Shown one piece after another: positions 48,671 to 61,636 of a stretch of 64,000 bases of DNA. How positions within the stretch are numbered: position 1 is the first letter of the stretch; each line of letters opens with the position of its first letter. Made by a program: the position numbers and the translations under genes. Source of the DNA: Camelus ferus (Eukaryota); NCBI RefSeq assembly GCF_009834535.1, contig NC_045696.1:66836001-66900000 (forward strand), given 5' to 3'. The notes below the pieces were generated by a model that did no database searches, had not been told where the DNA came from, and saw only the letters and a program-made list of their open reading frames with translations.

Positions 48671-51600
48671 GTATTTTTTTCATTTCAAATTCCACTTGCT
48701 CACTGCTGTTATATAAAAAATCAATTTATTTTTGTATGTTAAACTTACGTCTTGCAACATTCCTTATAATTGCTTATTAATTCCAAAGGGTTTTTTTTTT
48801 TTTTGGTTGATTCTTTTGGATTTCCCACATAGATAATCATATCATCTGCACACAGGAGAGTTTTATTTCTTCCTTCCCAATCTGTATATTCTTCTTTTAT
48901 TTCTTTTTTTTATTTTTTAGGACTTATTTTATTCATTAGAACTTCAAATGTAATATGGAAAGCAATGTGAAAGGGAACATCCTTGCCTGTTCCTGATCTT
49001 AGCAGGAAGGCTTCTAGTTTCTCATCATGAAGTATGATGTTAGCTGTAGGTTGTGTGTGTGTATGTGTGTGTGTGTAATACATATTTAATCACCTTTGGA
49101 AAGTTCCATTAATTCCTAGTTTGCTGAGAGTTTTCATCATGAATGCATGTTGGATTTTGTCAAATACTTTTTCTGCATCTATTGATATTATCATGTGATT
49201 TTTTCTAGTTTAGACTGTTGATGTGACAGATAACATTAACTAATTTTTGAATATTGAACTAACCTTGCATATCTGGGATAAATCATAACTTCATAGTACT
49301 TTTGAGTTCTATAATTTCCTTTTGATTCTTAAATTTTCCATTTCTCTTTTATTATCCATCTGCTCTTACATGTTTTTTACTTTTTTCCATTAGGGCTTTT
49401 AACATATTAATCTCTTCTTGGATCATTTCAACGCCTATGTCATATATGAGACTGGTTATGACTGTTTTGTTCTTCAAACTCTGACTTTCCTGCTTCTACA
49501 TGCTTTGACAGTTTTGTCAAAAGCTGCCATATTAAAGTAAATTTGCCTTTAGTGTAATCATTCATGTTCATATTGCTAGAAATCAGCCTGTGATTACGGT
49601 TTCTGTGGTTATAGGTGTCAAAGGCTTCAGATTCCTCCACTGCCCTTATTTTTAGCTCTTCTTTTGATTTTGGGCATTCTTTTGTGAAAGTCTGTACCTT
49701 GCAGTTCTTTCGTCTGTACTCAGCTACGATTATACTGGAGCCCTACTTGGTGGAGTGGTAAGGTGTTGGGGCAGAAAAAGGTTCTATGAGATTCTAATTA
49801 AATCTCAGTCTTTTTATGGCTCTGTATCGCAGGTATATTATCTCACCAGTGTTTCTTCACTGCAAAGCTTTACTCCTCCTGACCTCTACCCCCTTTTCTG
49901 ACTCTAGTATTTCAGTCTATTTCCATGAAACCCTGACCCCTATCAATTTTTCAACAACATCATTTTTCCTCCTTACTAAGGTGTTAAGCCTGAATGGGAC
50001 CTGAGAGGAAAGGTTACCAACTGATGAGCTATATATTAGTTTTTTTGTGATATTATAAAGAAAACCATTTATTTCACAATGGTTCCCCTTTCCCTTCCCT
50101 TCAATGGGGGATCTTTCACAGATCCTCATGGTAAGAACCTGACAGTGTTCCTGGTAGAACCTCAGGAAAGTATGGGTGTCTTCCAAGACTGCAGTTCAAA
50201 GGGTCTCCCTTGTTAAGTTAGTTGACACAGCCTCCAGCCATTGATCAATTAAATGTCCCCACCACTTTATGGCTTCTGCTGCAGCAAAGCAGATCTCTAC
50301 TGTGTCTGTCTCTGGATGAACCTATCTCTTCAGATTTGGGGGTAGCTATTTATCCTATAACCTCACTTCTTTAATGGGTACAAGAAAAGTTACTGATTTT
50401 TCAGTTGGCCCAAGTTTTTCTTGCTGTAAGAGAAGTGACAGTGTCTGAGCTCTTTACACACTGGAGTTAAACCAGAAGTCTCCCTAATTTTTAAATTTTA
50501 TAGAAACAGATGTCTCAATTTCCATTTCATTGTGTTCCAATAGACTAAAGGGAGCTTTGAAAATTATGACAAATGTTCTTTTTACTTCCACAAATGCCAT
50601 TAGTCCACAAGAAGTTTAGCTACGGCATTTCTTCCTAACTGATGATAGAGGCTTGAAATCATTGTAAATTTCATTGCAGGGCACTACATTTCAAGAGCTG
50701 TCCTGTGATCTTCCCACCCAGGTGTTCTCAGTGGAATGCGAAAGCAAACTTTTGGCTTCTCTCCGCTAACTCAATTAAGATCCCTTCCAGCTCATCAAGC
50801 AGAACAAAAAAATTATGTTGAGGACATGTGACAATGGAAAATAAGAGGACATGGCACGAAAGAGTTGGAGGCCAGGACATTTTATGTTGAAATCTGAGTG
50901 TGAGGTATTTCAGTGCATGAGATTTCTAAATGCATAGGTCATTAATGCAAATGTGAAAGGGCTTTGTGATTTCTAGATTTTCCAACTTACTCTAGTGATC
51001 ATTTCTTTAGGACTTTTTTTAGATAGATATTTTTGGAAAAGAGCCATTACAACATTGGCATAGCTGAGAACTCTAGTCTCTTGCAAAGTCATCATTAGTA
51101 ATATCATCTCTTTCCCACAAAGTTTCAGCTGAAAAGTACTTCTTAAAATTATGTTATTCAAAAAAATAATATATATTTCACAAATGTGTACACTTTTTAA
51201 CCTTAGAATAAATATTCTAAATAGTAACCTCAGGTACTTTTATGTTCTATTATCAAAGCCAGTAAGCAAAATAATCATGAATTGATTTTAAGATGAAAAC
51301 GATTTTCTTGTCTTACAGCATGTAGAAAACATAACTTATCTTCTTTCCTATACATTTCCATTTTAATAATCTACATTTTCACTTTGTCATGAAAGATCTC
51401 TTGTCATTCATTTCTTTGGGAAAAAAATTTCAAAATCAAAACCTTGTGTTAACGTTCTTTTACTTAAGTAAATATTTTGTATGTTTATTGGGGTGCTTCA
51501 ACCGGTTTTGTACTTTAAGAAATATTGCTGGCAAATGGGTCTCATGCTTTTCCAGGTTTAGGTAATGAGCACAAAGTTGTTTCACAAATAAATGGGAGAT

Positions 51601-52949
51601 TAGGTACATATCATTTACTATGAATAACAAACACACATAAAGAAAGTATCTAATCACCATGTCATTCTTTAATCTCTTCAGCCCTAGTGGAGGGTGGGCT
51701 GAAATTCAACCATTTCTCCCCCAAGCACAAAGAACCACATGAAAGACTTGAGATGCTCCTCTCTAACACACTCTTTTGGTGTTAAAAAAAACAAAGACTT
51801 AAGAATCTGTATAGATTTAATCCCATAAAAAGATAAAAGTTATAGACAACTAGACAAGTATCTTATTATAAATGAAACATGGTTTAGGGCAAAAGCTTTA
51901 AGAAAATTAAACACTCAAGGAATTTTTACTTAACAATCACAGCTCATAAAAGCTTGCATAGCATACATCCAAAGAGGTCTAGTTTTTGGTAGACTCAACT
52001 GAGAAATCTAGAAATTAGGTTTCTTTAATATTATGATATAAACACCACCACCACCAGCAGCAGCAAGTACCATGATTTGAAAAGAAAACTATTACTTATT
52101 TTGATTCAATCAGTTTAAATTGAGCAGATAATTACTGAGCAGAGTTTTAGGAGAACTATATAAGTTTATAACAGTGATATATAATGGGGACAACTCAAAA
52201 ACTTAAACTAAGATTAATTGCCTTTTGTGAGTAAAACAAAAATATAATGAATCTCATTAGCAAAGTCATAAAAGAGATAGAAATGATCTCAGGTCAAAAC
52301 CAGAGTGAAATCTGATCAAATGTACTAACATTTCTAAAGAAAAAATGTGCAGTCAAGGTGGGGTAGAGAATTTGTTGGTCTTCAGCCAAGGTTGAGGAAC
52401 AAGAAAAGAAGTATATTTTATTGGGTCTCCAGCTCTGTCCTGGCACATGTATATTCTGGCCCAAGAACATGAGTGTCTATAAGGTCCTTTCAGTCTGTAT
52501 ATCTTTTTGGAGTTAGCTATATGGAGATGGATACATCAGGCCATCAAACTATCCACTGACCCTCCAGTGCCACATTTAGCCAGCAACATTCTGAATCGCA
52601 TATGCCATCCCATACAGTATGTCTACAGGAGGACAATATGTTTATTAACCAACAGCAGCTTATTCAAGATGGTCATATTTCCCATTAAAAGAGATGATAT
52701 ATTGGCTTTCTCATTTTTGTATATCAGTCTGAGTGTTAACCAAGAAACTGATCCTGTACTGAAACATCAGGCTTCTAAACTTTCAAGTTTGAGAGCTAGC
52801 TTGGAATTAACAGGTATTGTCAAAGGTGATGCCATGCTGTGGAAACCAGATGCCCTCTATGGAAGACACCCAAGCCCAGAGTACAGTCCTTCTCTATAAA
52901 CTTCGACAATTCTATCGGCCACCTTTGGAAATATATCCTTGATATTACC

Positions 52950-53520
52950 ACTCTTTACCACTTTAGTACAAAGCACCATCAATTCTCATCTAGAACAGTA
53001 GTCCCTAGACGTGGTCCCTATGCTCTGTTCTCCACATGGCACACAGCCAAAGCGATTCCTTAAAATAGAAGATAATAAAATTCTTATGAGAGAAAAGTCA
53101 ATCCTTTTCTTTACATCTACACTCTGCAGCCCTGCTCCCTAACAAATGATCTCATCTCTTATCTGTTCATTCTTACCCACTCTGTTCCAGCCACTCCTAT
53201 CTCCTCCCACCCTGGAATTTTTTCTCTCCCCTAGATTTCTTCCTTATTCTCTTCGGATCTCTACTCAAAGTCCTAACCCTAGAGGACTTATTAGATGACC
53301 ATCTCATTTAATATAGCATTCTTTTCAAACCTGTCATTTTCTTTACATACCCCTTGTCTTGCCTCACTTTTATGCAGAGACTTGCCACGAGCCCAACACA
53401 TCAAGTACTTACTTGTGGGCTGAAGATACCAGTCCCATGATAGCGGGGATGAGTTTTCACTCACTAGCATCTAGAATAGGGCTTGACACATAGGTGGTAC
53501 CCAGTACATTTTTCAAATCA
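52950..53520 (+). mobile_element. L2 3' region
   Basis: cccactctgttccagccact...cagcatctagaatagggcttgacacataggtgg-like terminal motifs. Confidence 0.65.
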
Positions 53521-54019
53521 ACAGTTGCAAGAGAATTGTGTAGTAACAAATCCTATTTGATTCGATTACAGGGATTTAATCCTACCTTTGCTCAAGGAAG
53601 CATCTGTGTGATGTTCAGCAAGTCACTAGCTCTATACCTTCAGGTTCTTTATCTATAAAAATGGAATTAATAATAGCTCTGGGCCTCAAATACTAGATGT
53701 GAAAGGGTTTTACATAATAAAACCTTGAACAATTATGACGGGTTTGGACAAACAAGATATCCAGGCTTACAAACAGGATAGGTGACAAAGTTTAGTGAGA
53801 AGAACACTGAATACTGAGTGTCAAATGCTGACTGTAAGTCTCGACTCTCCCCCGGGCAGCCCTGTGACTTTGGGTCAGTTATTTATCCCTAAAAAAAAAA
53901 AAGCCTCATTTTCCTGATGAAAGAAAAAATAACTTATTTTTCAATAAGATTTAAAAATTATTTTACAGAAATTGCAGCTTAGTCATCAGGAAAACCAATA
54001 GTGACTAAGGAATTTTTAT

Positions 54020-54310
54020 TAATTGTTTCTCCATAATTCATTCAATGAACAGCTATTCACTGAGCACCCACACATACCAGGCTCTGTTCTAAGTGGGATA
54101 AATCAGGGCACGGAGTCGACAAATATTCAGCTCTCATGGAGCTTACCTTCCACTGTGGAGAGACAGATAAGAAACGGTAAGCATAAGTAAATGAAATTGT
54201 ATTTTGGAAGGTGATGTGTATTATATGGACAAAGTAGCATAGTAAGGAGCTGGGGACTTAAAATGTTAGAAGGGAAGGGGTCAAATTGCAATTAAGAGGC
54301 CATGACATCT
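54020..54310 (-). mobile_element. L2 3' end
   Basis: ttcattcaatgaacagctattcactgagcacccacacataccaggctctgttcta...ctctcatggagcttaccttcc. Confidence 0.75.
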
Positions 54311-55511
54311 GAGCATACACTGTCATTGAAAGATTTTTTTATCTCCTCTTCCTCTTTCCCTTCTACTTTTTTTGCTCAAAAATTTGATACTATATATTTT
54401 ATTTAAAATTATAGAAATTGAATTCCTACTAGAGGGTAGCATATTATAAGATACCTTTGAAGAGATACTATTGTGAAACCACCTTTAAAATGAGTTATTT
54501 AATCTTCCCATGTAGAAATCTCTAAGCTTATAAATGCAGTTCATCTCATTGGGTTTCTTAATATTTATTTCTTTAAAAGAAGTGGTATTTACATTGCAAA
54601 TGAAATAAATAGTAATATTTTTAAAACTCATGCATATTCTTTAGTCCACTTATTTTGAAACTCATGATTTTTAGTGCTAACTTTTCTGTTCTTAGAAACT
54701 GCTAAAGCAAGGAGGTGGAGGAAAGGCAGACACTTTTTTTTTTTTTTTTAACAGTGTCCCACCTTTGCCTTCCTAGGAGGGCTGCACGCACAGTAACCAG
54801 GCAACTGTCCCAAGCAGAATCAGGAAAATGATAGAAGAGACGTTAGGCTTCCTGAGAACATCCATGTAGAGTTTGAAATGGCTTTCTAAGCAAACACAAT
54901 CAATTGATCCTCTCCGTCAGCCCTCTGAATCGTACTGTGACTAAAGAAGTTACCAGAAGACCTGTTGAGTTGGGCCCTCTAAGAGGGAGGTTGTTGAAAT
55001 TAGCTTGTAAGTCATATTTAATGACTTTGGTCAACTGCTCATCACAGAAGTTAGACATACCTATCAGTCATTGTCTTAGCACAGATATTTACATTGGTTC
55101 TTTATTTGATCTGATCTGGGATCTGTATCAAGTGAGGGAAAGGTAGATAAGGAGTGAGGGGGAAAGAATAAAAAACATTAAAATGTAGAACAGAAATATT
55201 TTAACTAAATTAAACAGTTGTTGAATGCCTATTATGTATAGGACTCAATGTTAGACATTGCATATATTCAGAAATAATTAAAAGCTTGGTTATTTAAGTA
55301 AATACAAATACCTTTAGAGAAATATGAATAAAGTTTGATGGCATTATCAGAGAAGAAATGTACGACATTATCTGTGATTAAGCAAAAGCTTTATTCACTC
55401 ATCCATTCGTCTACTCACTCGTTCATTTATTATGCATTTGTAAATTACCTTCTATATATACTCAAAGAATATCGAAATAAATGACAGTGCCTCCCCTTGA
55501 AAGTTGTATAA

Positions 55512-55840
55512 GTAGGATATCAAAGTTCAGTGTGCATCGGAATCCCCTGAAGAGTGTGTTAAAATACAGATTGTTGGGCCACAACTCCAGGTTTCTTGAC
55601 TCAGTAGGGCTCAGATGGGACCTGGGAATCTGCATTTCTGCCACACTCTTGGGTGCTGCTATGACTCTGTTTCTCAGGAGTATACCTGGAAAACCACCTA
55701 GGCTAGAGTGATGCTTCTTAAATTTAGTGTTCATAAATTCACCTGAGTTCTTACTAAAAGGCAAATTTTCATTTAGTAGGACTGACAGAGGACCCCAGAT
55801 TCTGTATTATTCCAAGTACTTCCCTTTGAGTAGTGAAGGG
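55512..55840. mobile_element. two adjacent MER5-family MITEs
   Basis: tcaaagttcagtgtgcatcggaatcccctgaagagtgtgttaaaatacagattgttgggcc...; the second starts gtgatgcttcttaaatttagtgttcataaattcacctg. Confidence 0.75.
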
Positions 55841-55844
55841 CTAG

Positions 55845-56400
55845 TAGGTGGACAGAAACTTGTAGTCAAACATGCACAAAAGAAATAAATAGACATTAAG
55901 ACAAATCTTGAACAAGGAATTGGGTTTTTGCAGGGGAGATTGTGAGAGTGTGCAGATGGGAATGGGTTCAGTGCAGGCTGGAGGTGTGAAAGGGGTAAAA
56001 GGATAGTAGATTTTGACCAGAATGGAAGTGTGAGGTGGTTTGAGTTGGGACTGGAAAAACTTCAGTAATGAGGAAGTCCAGGACAAGGTTGTGCGGGTTG
56101 GTAACTGGAATAGAGTAGAAATAGGACCTCTTTGAGTTAAGGAAGCCAAGGAAATGTGAGGCCACATTATGTTAAGGTCATCGAAGGGATACTGGAGTTC
56201 CCAAAGAGCTGGCAGAAGTAAAGAAGAAAATGGAGCTGGGTTATATAGGAGAAGCTCCTAAAGTCAGCATGTTGTCCTGAAGTCAGTAAGCCACTTTGAT
56301 AGAAGAGGACTCAGAAGACGTGGAAGTGTTGAGTGGTGGTGGGTAAACAATGACCTGAAAACAGCAGTGTTGAGTGTGAAATACATTAGTTTCTTCTCTT
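55845..56400 (-). mobile_element. L2 ORF2-region remnant
   Basis: Purine-rich degraded sequence of L2 antisense type. Confidence 0.4.
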
Positions 56401-57149
56401 AAATAAAAAGGAGTATACGTAGATGGCTTTTCTTTTGCTGAAGAACCATGGGAAATATGGGTGTTTTCAGAGAAAGAACAGCTTTCTGTTAAGACAAGCC
56501 ATCAGAGGAGTAAAAGAAAAGAAAAGGTCAAAGATGGAGGGAAAAGTCTGTTGTAAAGGTGTAGCAAGTCAAAATACCACTCTGGAAAAAAATATCACTT
56601 TGCTAGAGTGGAAATGGGAAAAAAAAAAAAGCAGAAGTAATTTAGGTATGTGGAAGAGGATTCTAATTAAGTGAGCAAGTTTCATAACAGAAATTAGGGA
56701 ATGAGGGCTTTGTGAATTATTAACAGCAGTGGGGGAGCAAAAGCAATGATTTAAAAACAAACAAACAAACAAACAAAAATTAAAAAAGAGTTTTTGAAGA
56801 GGTCTCAAGTTTCCAAATTGGGCCACGCCACACTTTCGAAGTTGAATCCTTGTGTGCAAGGTCCTCGTTACTATTACTGGAACTCATGTACCTCCAGAGA
56901 CAGAATAGACTGTTCTCAAAATATTTCTAGGGTTGTTTCAATGGTAAAAAAGATCCTTGGTAACATGTCCCCTCTTTAGATTCAAACTGCTTTTCTAGAA
57001 TGATAAACAGTCATTTTTTTAGGGTCTCTAAGCATGAAAAAAAAATCTATGACAAAAATCATCCCTACATAGAATTTACTGGGAGTTAAGGTTAGACCAT
57101 AAAAAAAATAATGTAGAAATCAAGATCCTACTCATCTCCACCAATGTCT

Positions 57150-57590
57150 AGCTATTTTAACCTGGTAGGCTACACAGCCTCTCTGTGCCTCAATTTCTTC
57201 ATCTGTAGAATAAGAATAATAAGTGTTATAACATATAAAGTGCTTACTATGTGCCAGTTGCTGTCTTTAAGTCGTTTATACAATTAACTAATTTACTTCT
57301 CAGAGCAACCCTGTCAGGTAGGTAAACTATCATGCTCATTTCTACATGAGAAAACAAACGCAGAGATTAAGTTGGGAGAGCTAACAACTGGCAGAGAGGA
57401 TTTGAACCAAGTCACCCTGGTCACAAAATTCAGTCTCAAACATTATACCACTGTCTTTTGGTTGGCAATAGATAATGCTAGTAAATACCTCTTAAGGCGA
57501 TTTGAGTACTAAATATGTAAATTGAATTGAGTATGTAAGGTGCACAGAACAGTTTCTAGCACATAGTGAACATTCAATAAATACTAGACA
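57150..57590. mobile_element. nested MIR cluster
   Basis: cctctctgtgcctcaatttcttcatctgtagaataagaataat (plus), an inner minus MIR, then acagtttctagcacatagtgaacattcaataaa (plus). Confidence 0.75.
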
Positions 57591-60500
57591 TTCAACGGTT
57601 TCTGACTCATCCTCATTTTCTAAATATACAAGTTCAAACGTTGAGATCTCAGAAAATTAGTAATTGTGGTTTCTGTAGTTGCTCTAGTTATTAAAAAGTG
57701 CTAATTAAAACCACATGTCACTTCACATCTCTTAAATTAGTAAAATTTCAAAATAATATCTAAAGCTTTAACTCTTTGGCAAAAGTCATTGGCATGCTCT
57801 TTTAAAGAGTAATATTTTCCAGAAACTTGAAAAGATACATACACTTCTATTCACCAACCCTCTTACTTCTTAGATGGCAGCATATTGTCGGGGAAGCAGC
57901 AAAGTTCTTTAGATTGGATAGTCTTGGGTTTAAATTACGACTCTGGTGAAAATGAAAATACCAGGAGTTCCTTCCACGTACTAGGGAAGTCATCTTGGTT
58001 AAGCTAGTTATCCCCCTGAGGATCATTTTCTCATCTGCAAACTGGGCATACTGCTTAGGCAGAAAAAATGTATTACGTGAGTAACATGGGTAAATTACAT
58101 GGCAGTTAGTATAGACTGAATATGTATTAGTTTGCTTTCCTTAAATATTTGTTCCATGGAATGATCCCAAGAAAATAACTCAAAAGTGGCTATATAAAAA
58201 TTTTAATTTATAATAACCAAACTAAATGTTCAATCAGGGAAATTAATGTATTAAGTTGCATTGGTATGATGAGATTCTCATGCACTTACTTATGATAGTG
58301 CAAAATGTATGACAAATGGAAAGGGCCTGAGTAATTTATATAATAAAACATCGGAATTATTTTATGATTGTTATTTATGTATAAAAATTATGGGTTTAAA
58401 AGATGACATGGCAAACAACTGTTTTACTAGATTTGGTTGGTTGGCTTCCACTGTTGTTGAGAACATGTCATTTGTCTAATAGATTTTCATATCATTAATA
58501 TCAAGTTACAAGTACTTTTATTTGAAGGTTTCATATGAGACTACCTACCGTGCTCTGACATTTGTGTTTCTACCTGAGCTTTAAAGACATTCCTTCACCT
58601 TACACTTAGTTCAGCTGATGCTAGAAGACTTGATATGGTAAAACCAGTACTTGAAAACTTTGAATTTTAAATTTCTTATATATTCACTCAGTAATATTTA
58701 CTGGGCATTATTGAATAATTTTGTAGTTTACAATAAGGTTGGATTATTTAAGCCTCTGTCATTTCCCTTTTTTTATTCCTTTGTCACCCCAACTAACAGT
58801 ATTTATCAATTTATTTAAATATTTGATAATTTACAAAACTCCTTTAAAATTTGCTTAGCAACTCAGATAAACTAGATAATAAAAAACAATTTTCTGATAA
58901 AATGCAAAAGTTATATATTTTGTCAGTTTTATTTGTATTTTTGTTTTTGATACATAGCTGTCATAATTTTTTCTCACTTAAAAAAATGCCCCAATTTCAC
59001 TTTTGCAGAGCAAAGGTGGGACTGGTGTTTTTGAAAGTGCTTTGTGATATTTTTAGCTTTTTTGGGTATATTCTGTCCTTCCAAGAAGCAAAGCTATACA
59101 GAGTTTCTATGAAAGAAGACAGGAAGGAGAAATGGAGAGAGGAAAAAGATTCCATTTTACTGCTTTGAAAGGCTCAAGACTTAACAGGTAAAATTTTATA
59201 TACATTTTATGTAGGAATATAAAGTTAGTCCTCAAACGTCAGACAGAAGGGCAAGTCGTGCTTTCATGAACGAGGCTTCCGCTCAGTGAAGACATGATTC
59301 AGCATAAGACTCTATAAATGTGTCATCTAAGATGGCCTACATTTACACCAGCGTTACCAGGTAGCTGTCACCCACCGAGATCTCTTCACTAACATTGAAA
59401 TGTTCAAGCCATTTCAGCCTCTACCAGACACCCAATAAAACAGCTTGTGAAGGTGCAAAGATTTATCACATTCAATAGTATCAATTGAAATGCTGGGAAA
59501 AAATTCATTTTGACTAGAAGTTTCTTAATTGCTCATAATTTAGTTTGAAAATCCAGTCAAGTGGAAAGTTTTTCATTCATTGCCTGAGAGAAAACTATTA
59601 AGAAGAAAAATAAAATGGAAACATACATCTTATTAGCCCTTTTGGTTTAGAGGAGGTTGCAACAAAAAAGTTGGAAGAAAGTGAGTTTTCTCATTGAAAG
59701 CTTCAATACATATAATTATGAAGTTGAGTAAATGACACTACTAAGTTCAAGCACAAAAATGGAGGTTCACCGAGTAAGGAAAAAAAAAGAGAAAAGAAAA
59801 ACTAGTGCTGAATTTCAAATAAAATATTTAAAGCTTGGTATTTTTAAGGAAGCTTTAAAAATTGACCACCTTGATGAAATTTCAGAATATGATTGGGGGA
59901 TAAGTTAACTGCAATCAACAATCGGAAGACATAACATACTTAAATTTCAAAGCAAAAGTCTCTAATACAGAGTTACCCCTATTATGAATCTGTATATATT
60001 CTATTATTTATTTCAATCTATAGCACTATCTGTAAAAAGCTTACGTTAAAAATCTACTTTAGGGAAGCATGTGGCTGATTAAATCACCACACCAGCTTCC
60101 CATTTTGTATTTCCTGACTCAAAACGCTTTATCGGTCTTAACATTATGATGACGCTGGTATCGCCCTCAATTATGAAACAGCTGCCTGAGTTAATGAAAA
60201 GTGAGAATGGGTGTTTGCTGTTCAACTTGACAAATTAAGTTTGCTCATTTGAAACGAAAGAAAAAGGTACTGGAGATTTGAAAGGGGCACGGAGATTTTG
60301 AGCCCTTACATTTCTTCTAAGCGTAATGATTTCATTCTGAACTTCAAAGAGTCCAATTCGTAATAAAAAGAGGGTCAGATATAAGTGGAGAATGGAGGGC
60401 AAACAATAAGAATGGAGTGACAATTCCCTCCATCTAAATTATCCCCCAAATATTATGGCTTAAGGTAAAACAGAAATGTTAATAACTGTCATTTCCCAAA

Positions 60501-61636
60501 CCTTGACTAACCAAAAAGTACACATCACCCCATGTCCATTTCTCATCCTATTTTAAATGGAACAAAGTGACTTTCAGAGGCTGGGAAGTGCATAATTACA
60601 TAGACTGGAGTCTTTGGACTTTGATCATAATTATAGTGCTTTATCCATCCATCACTTGTTGCTTGAGGACTATTCCTCAGTGAGTTCTTTAAAGGAGATG
60701 GAAACCCTGTCAGGACAAATTTGAGCTTCAAAACAGCTAATCAAAAACTTGGCTCTCTTGACTTGAAACAGATTGAAAATTGCCACTTTAATCTCACAAT
60801 CCATTTGGCTTTTAAGTAAAGTGAGAACATGGAGTCTGTCTTGGGGAAGGCATGTGCCTCTGCAGTTCAGACCACTGGGTACCTTTTTATGAGCTTCCAC
60901 TGGGACATTGGGTCCCAGTTTGCCTCACTGTATATATTGGTTTTCAAAATTGGGTATGCAAACAAATCGTCTGAGGTGCTTGATAAAAATGCTGCATTTG
61001 CATTCCTTCCCCTCCCCTGCCCCATTTCTCAGAGGGAGGCATCAGTGTAATCCTAAACCTAAAATTAACTGGGAAACGCATAGCACCAGAAGGCCTCCGA
61101 GAGCTGTTTTCCAAGGGTGGTATGAGAAGCACATGAATCAAAATGTTCACAATGCAATTCTGAGGCTCCATCTAGACTTACCAAATCATAATCTCAGGGT
61201 ATTGATGTAACGTCTCTCTGAATTCCTCACATCAGGAATGTGTACAATATTGTGTTTTCCTGAATCTGAATTTGGGTGTCACAGTTTCATTTACCTCCTA
61301 AGAGTCAAATATATTTCTGTATAGAGCATTTTGAGGAACCTTAATAGATGCTAGTAACTAGAGTCACCCTTCCAGCTTGCTGCCTCCAAGGCAGTCCCCA
61401 GCCTGCGTGTGCAGAGCCCTCCATCCTTCCCTGCAGCTCATTGTAGTATTTCTATGAGTGTAGTCCTTCTCTGGATTCCCTGAGGTCTAGGACTGCATCT
61501 TACTCATGCCTTTGTCTTTCCCACCCAACACCAAAAAGTAAATAAGCTCATGGAATACATTAAACGAACAAATCAAAACAAGAAAAAAGATTTTAGGTTC
61601 CATATCTACAATTTGAGGATAAAAATCCTTTACCTG

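Larger units (their letters stand above)
46700..50480 (-). mobile_element. composite L1 block: 3' UTR, ORF2 C-terminal remnants and an L1MC/MD-like 5' end; two N-gaps (47165-47296, 47304-47436)
   Basis: ORF2 remnants IDKLDFI...KMKRQPTEWEKIFAN.SDKGLI and KNKVGGLTLP; terminal gagctctttacacactggagttaaaccagaagtc resembles old L1 5' ends. Confidence 0.8.

Noticed and set aside
55009-55027. 7-bp hairpin AAGTCAT-attta-ATGACTT
   Set aside because: Inverted repeats this short are expected by chance in AT-rich sequence of this length.
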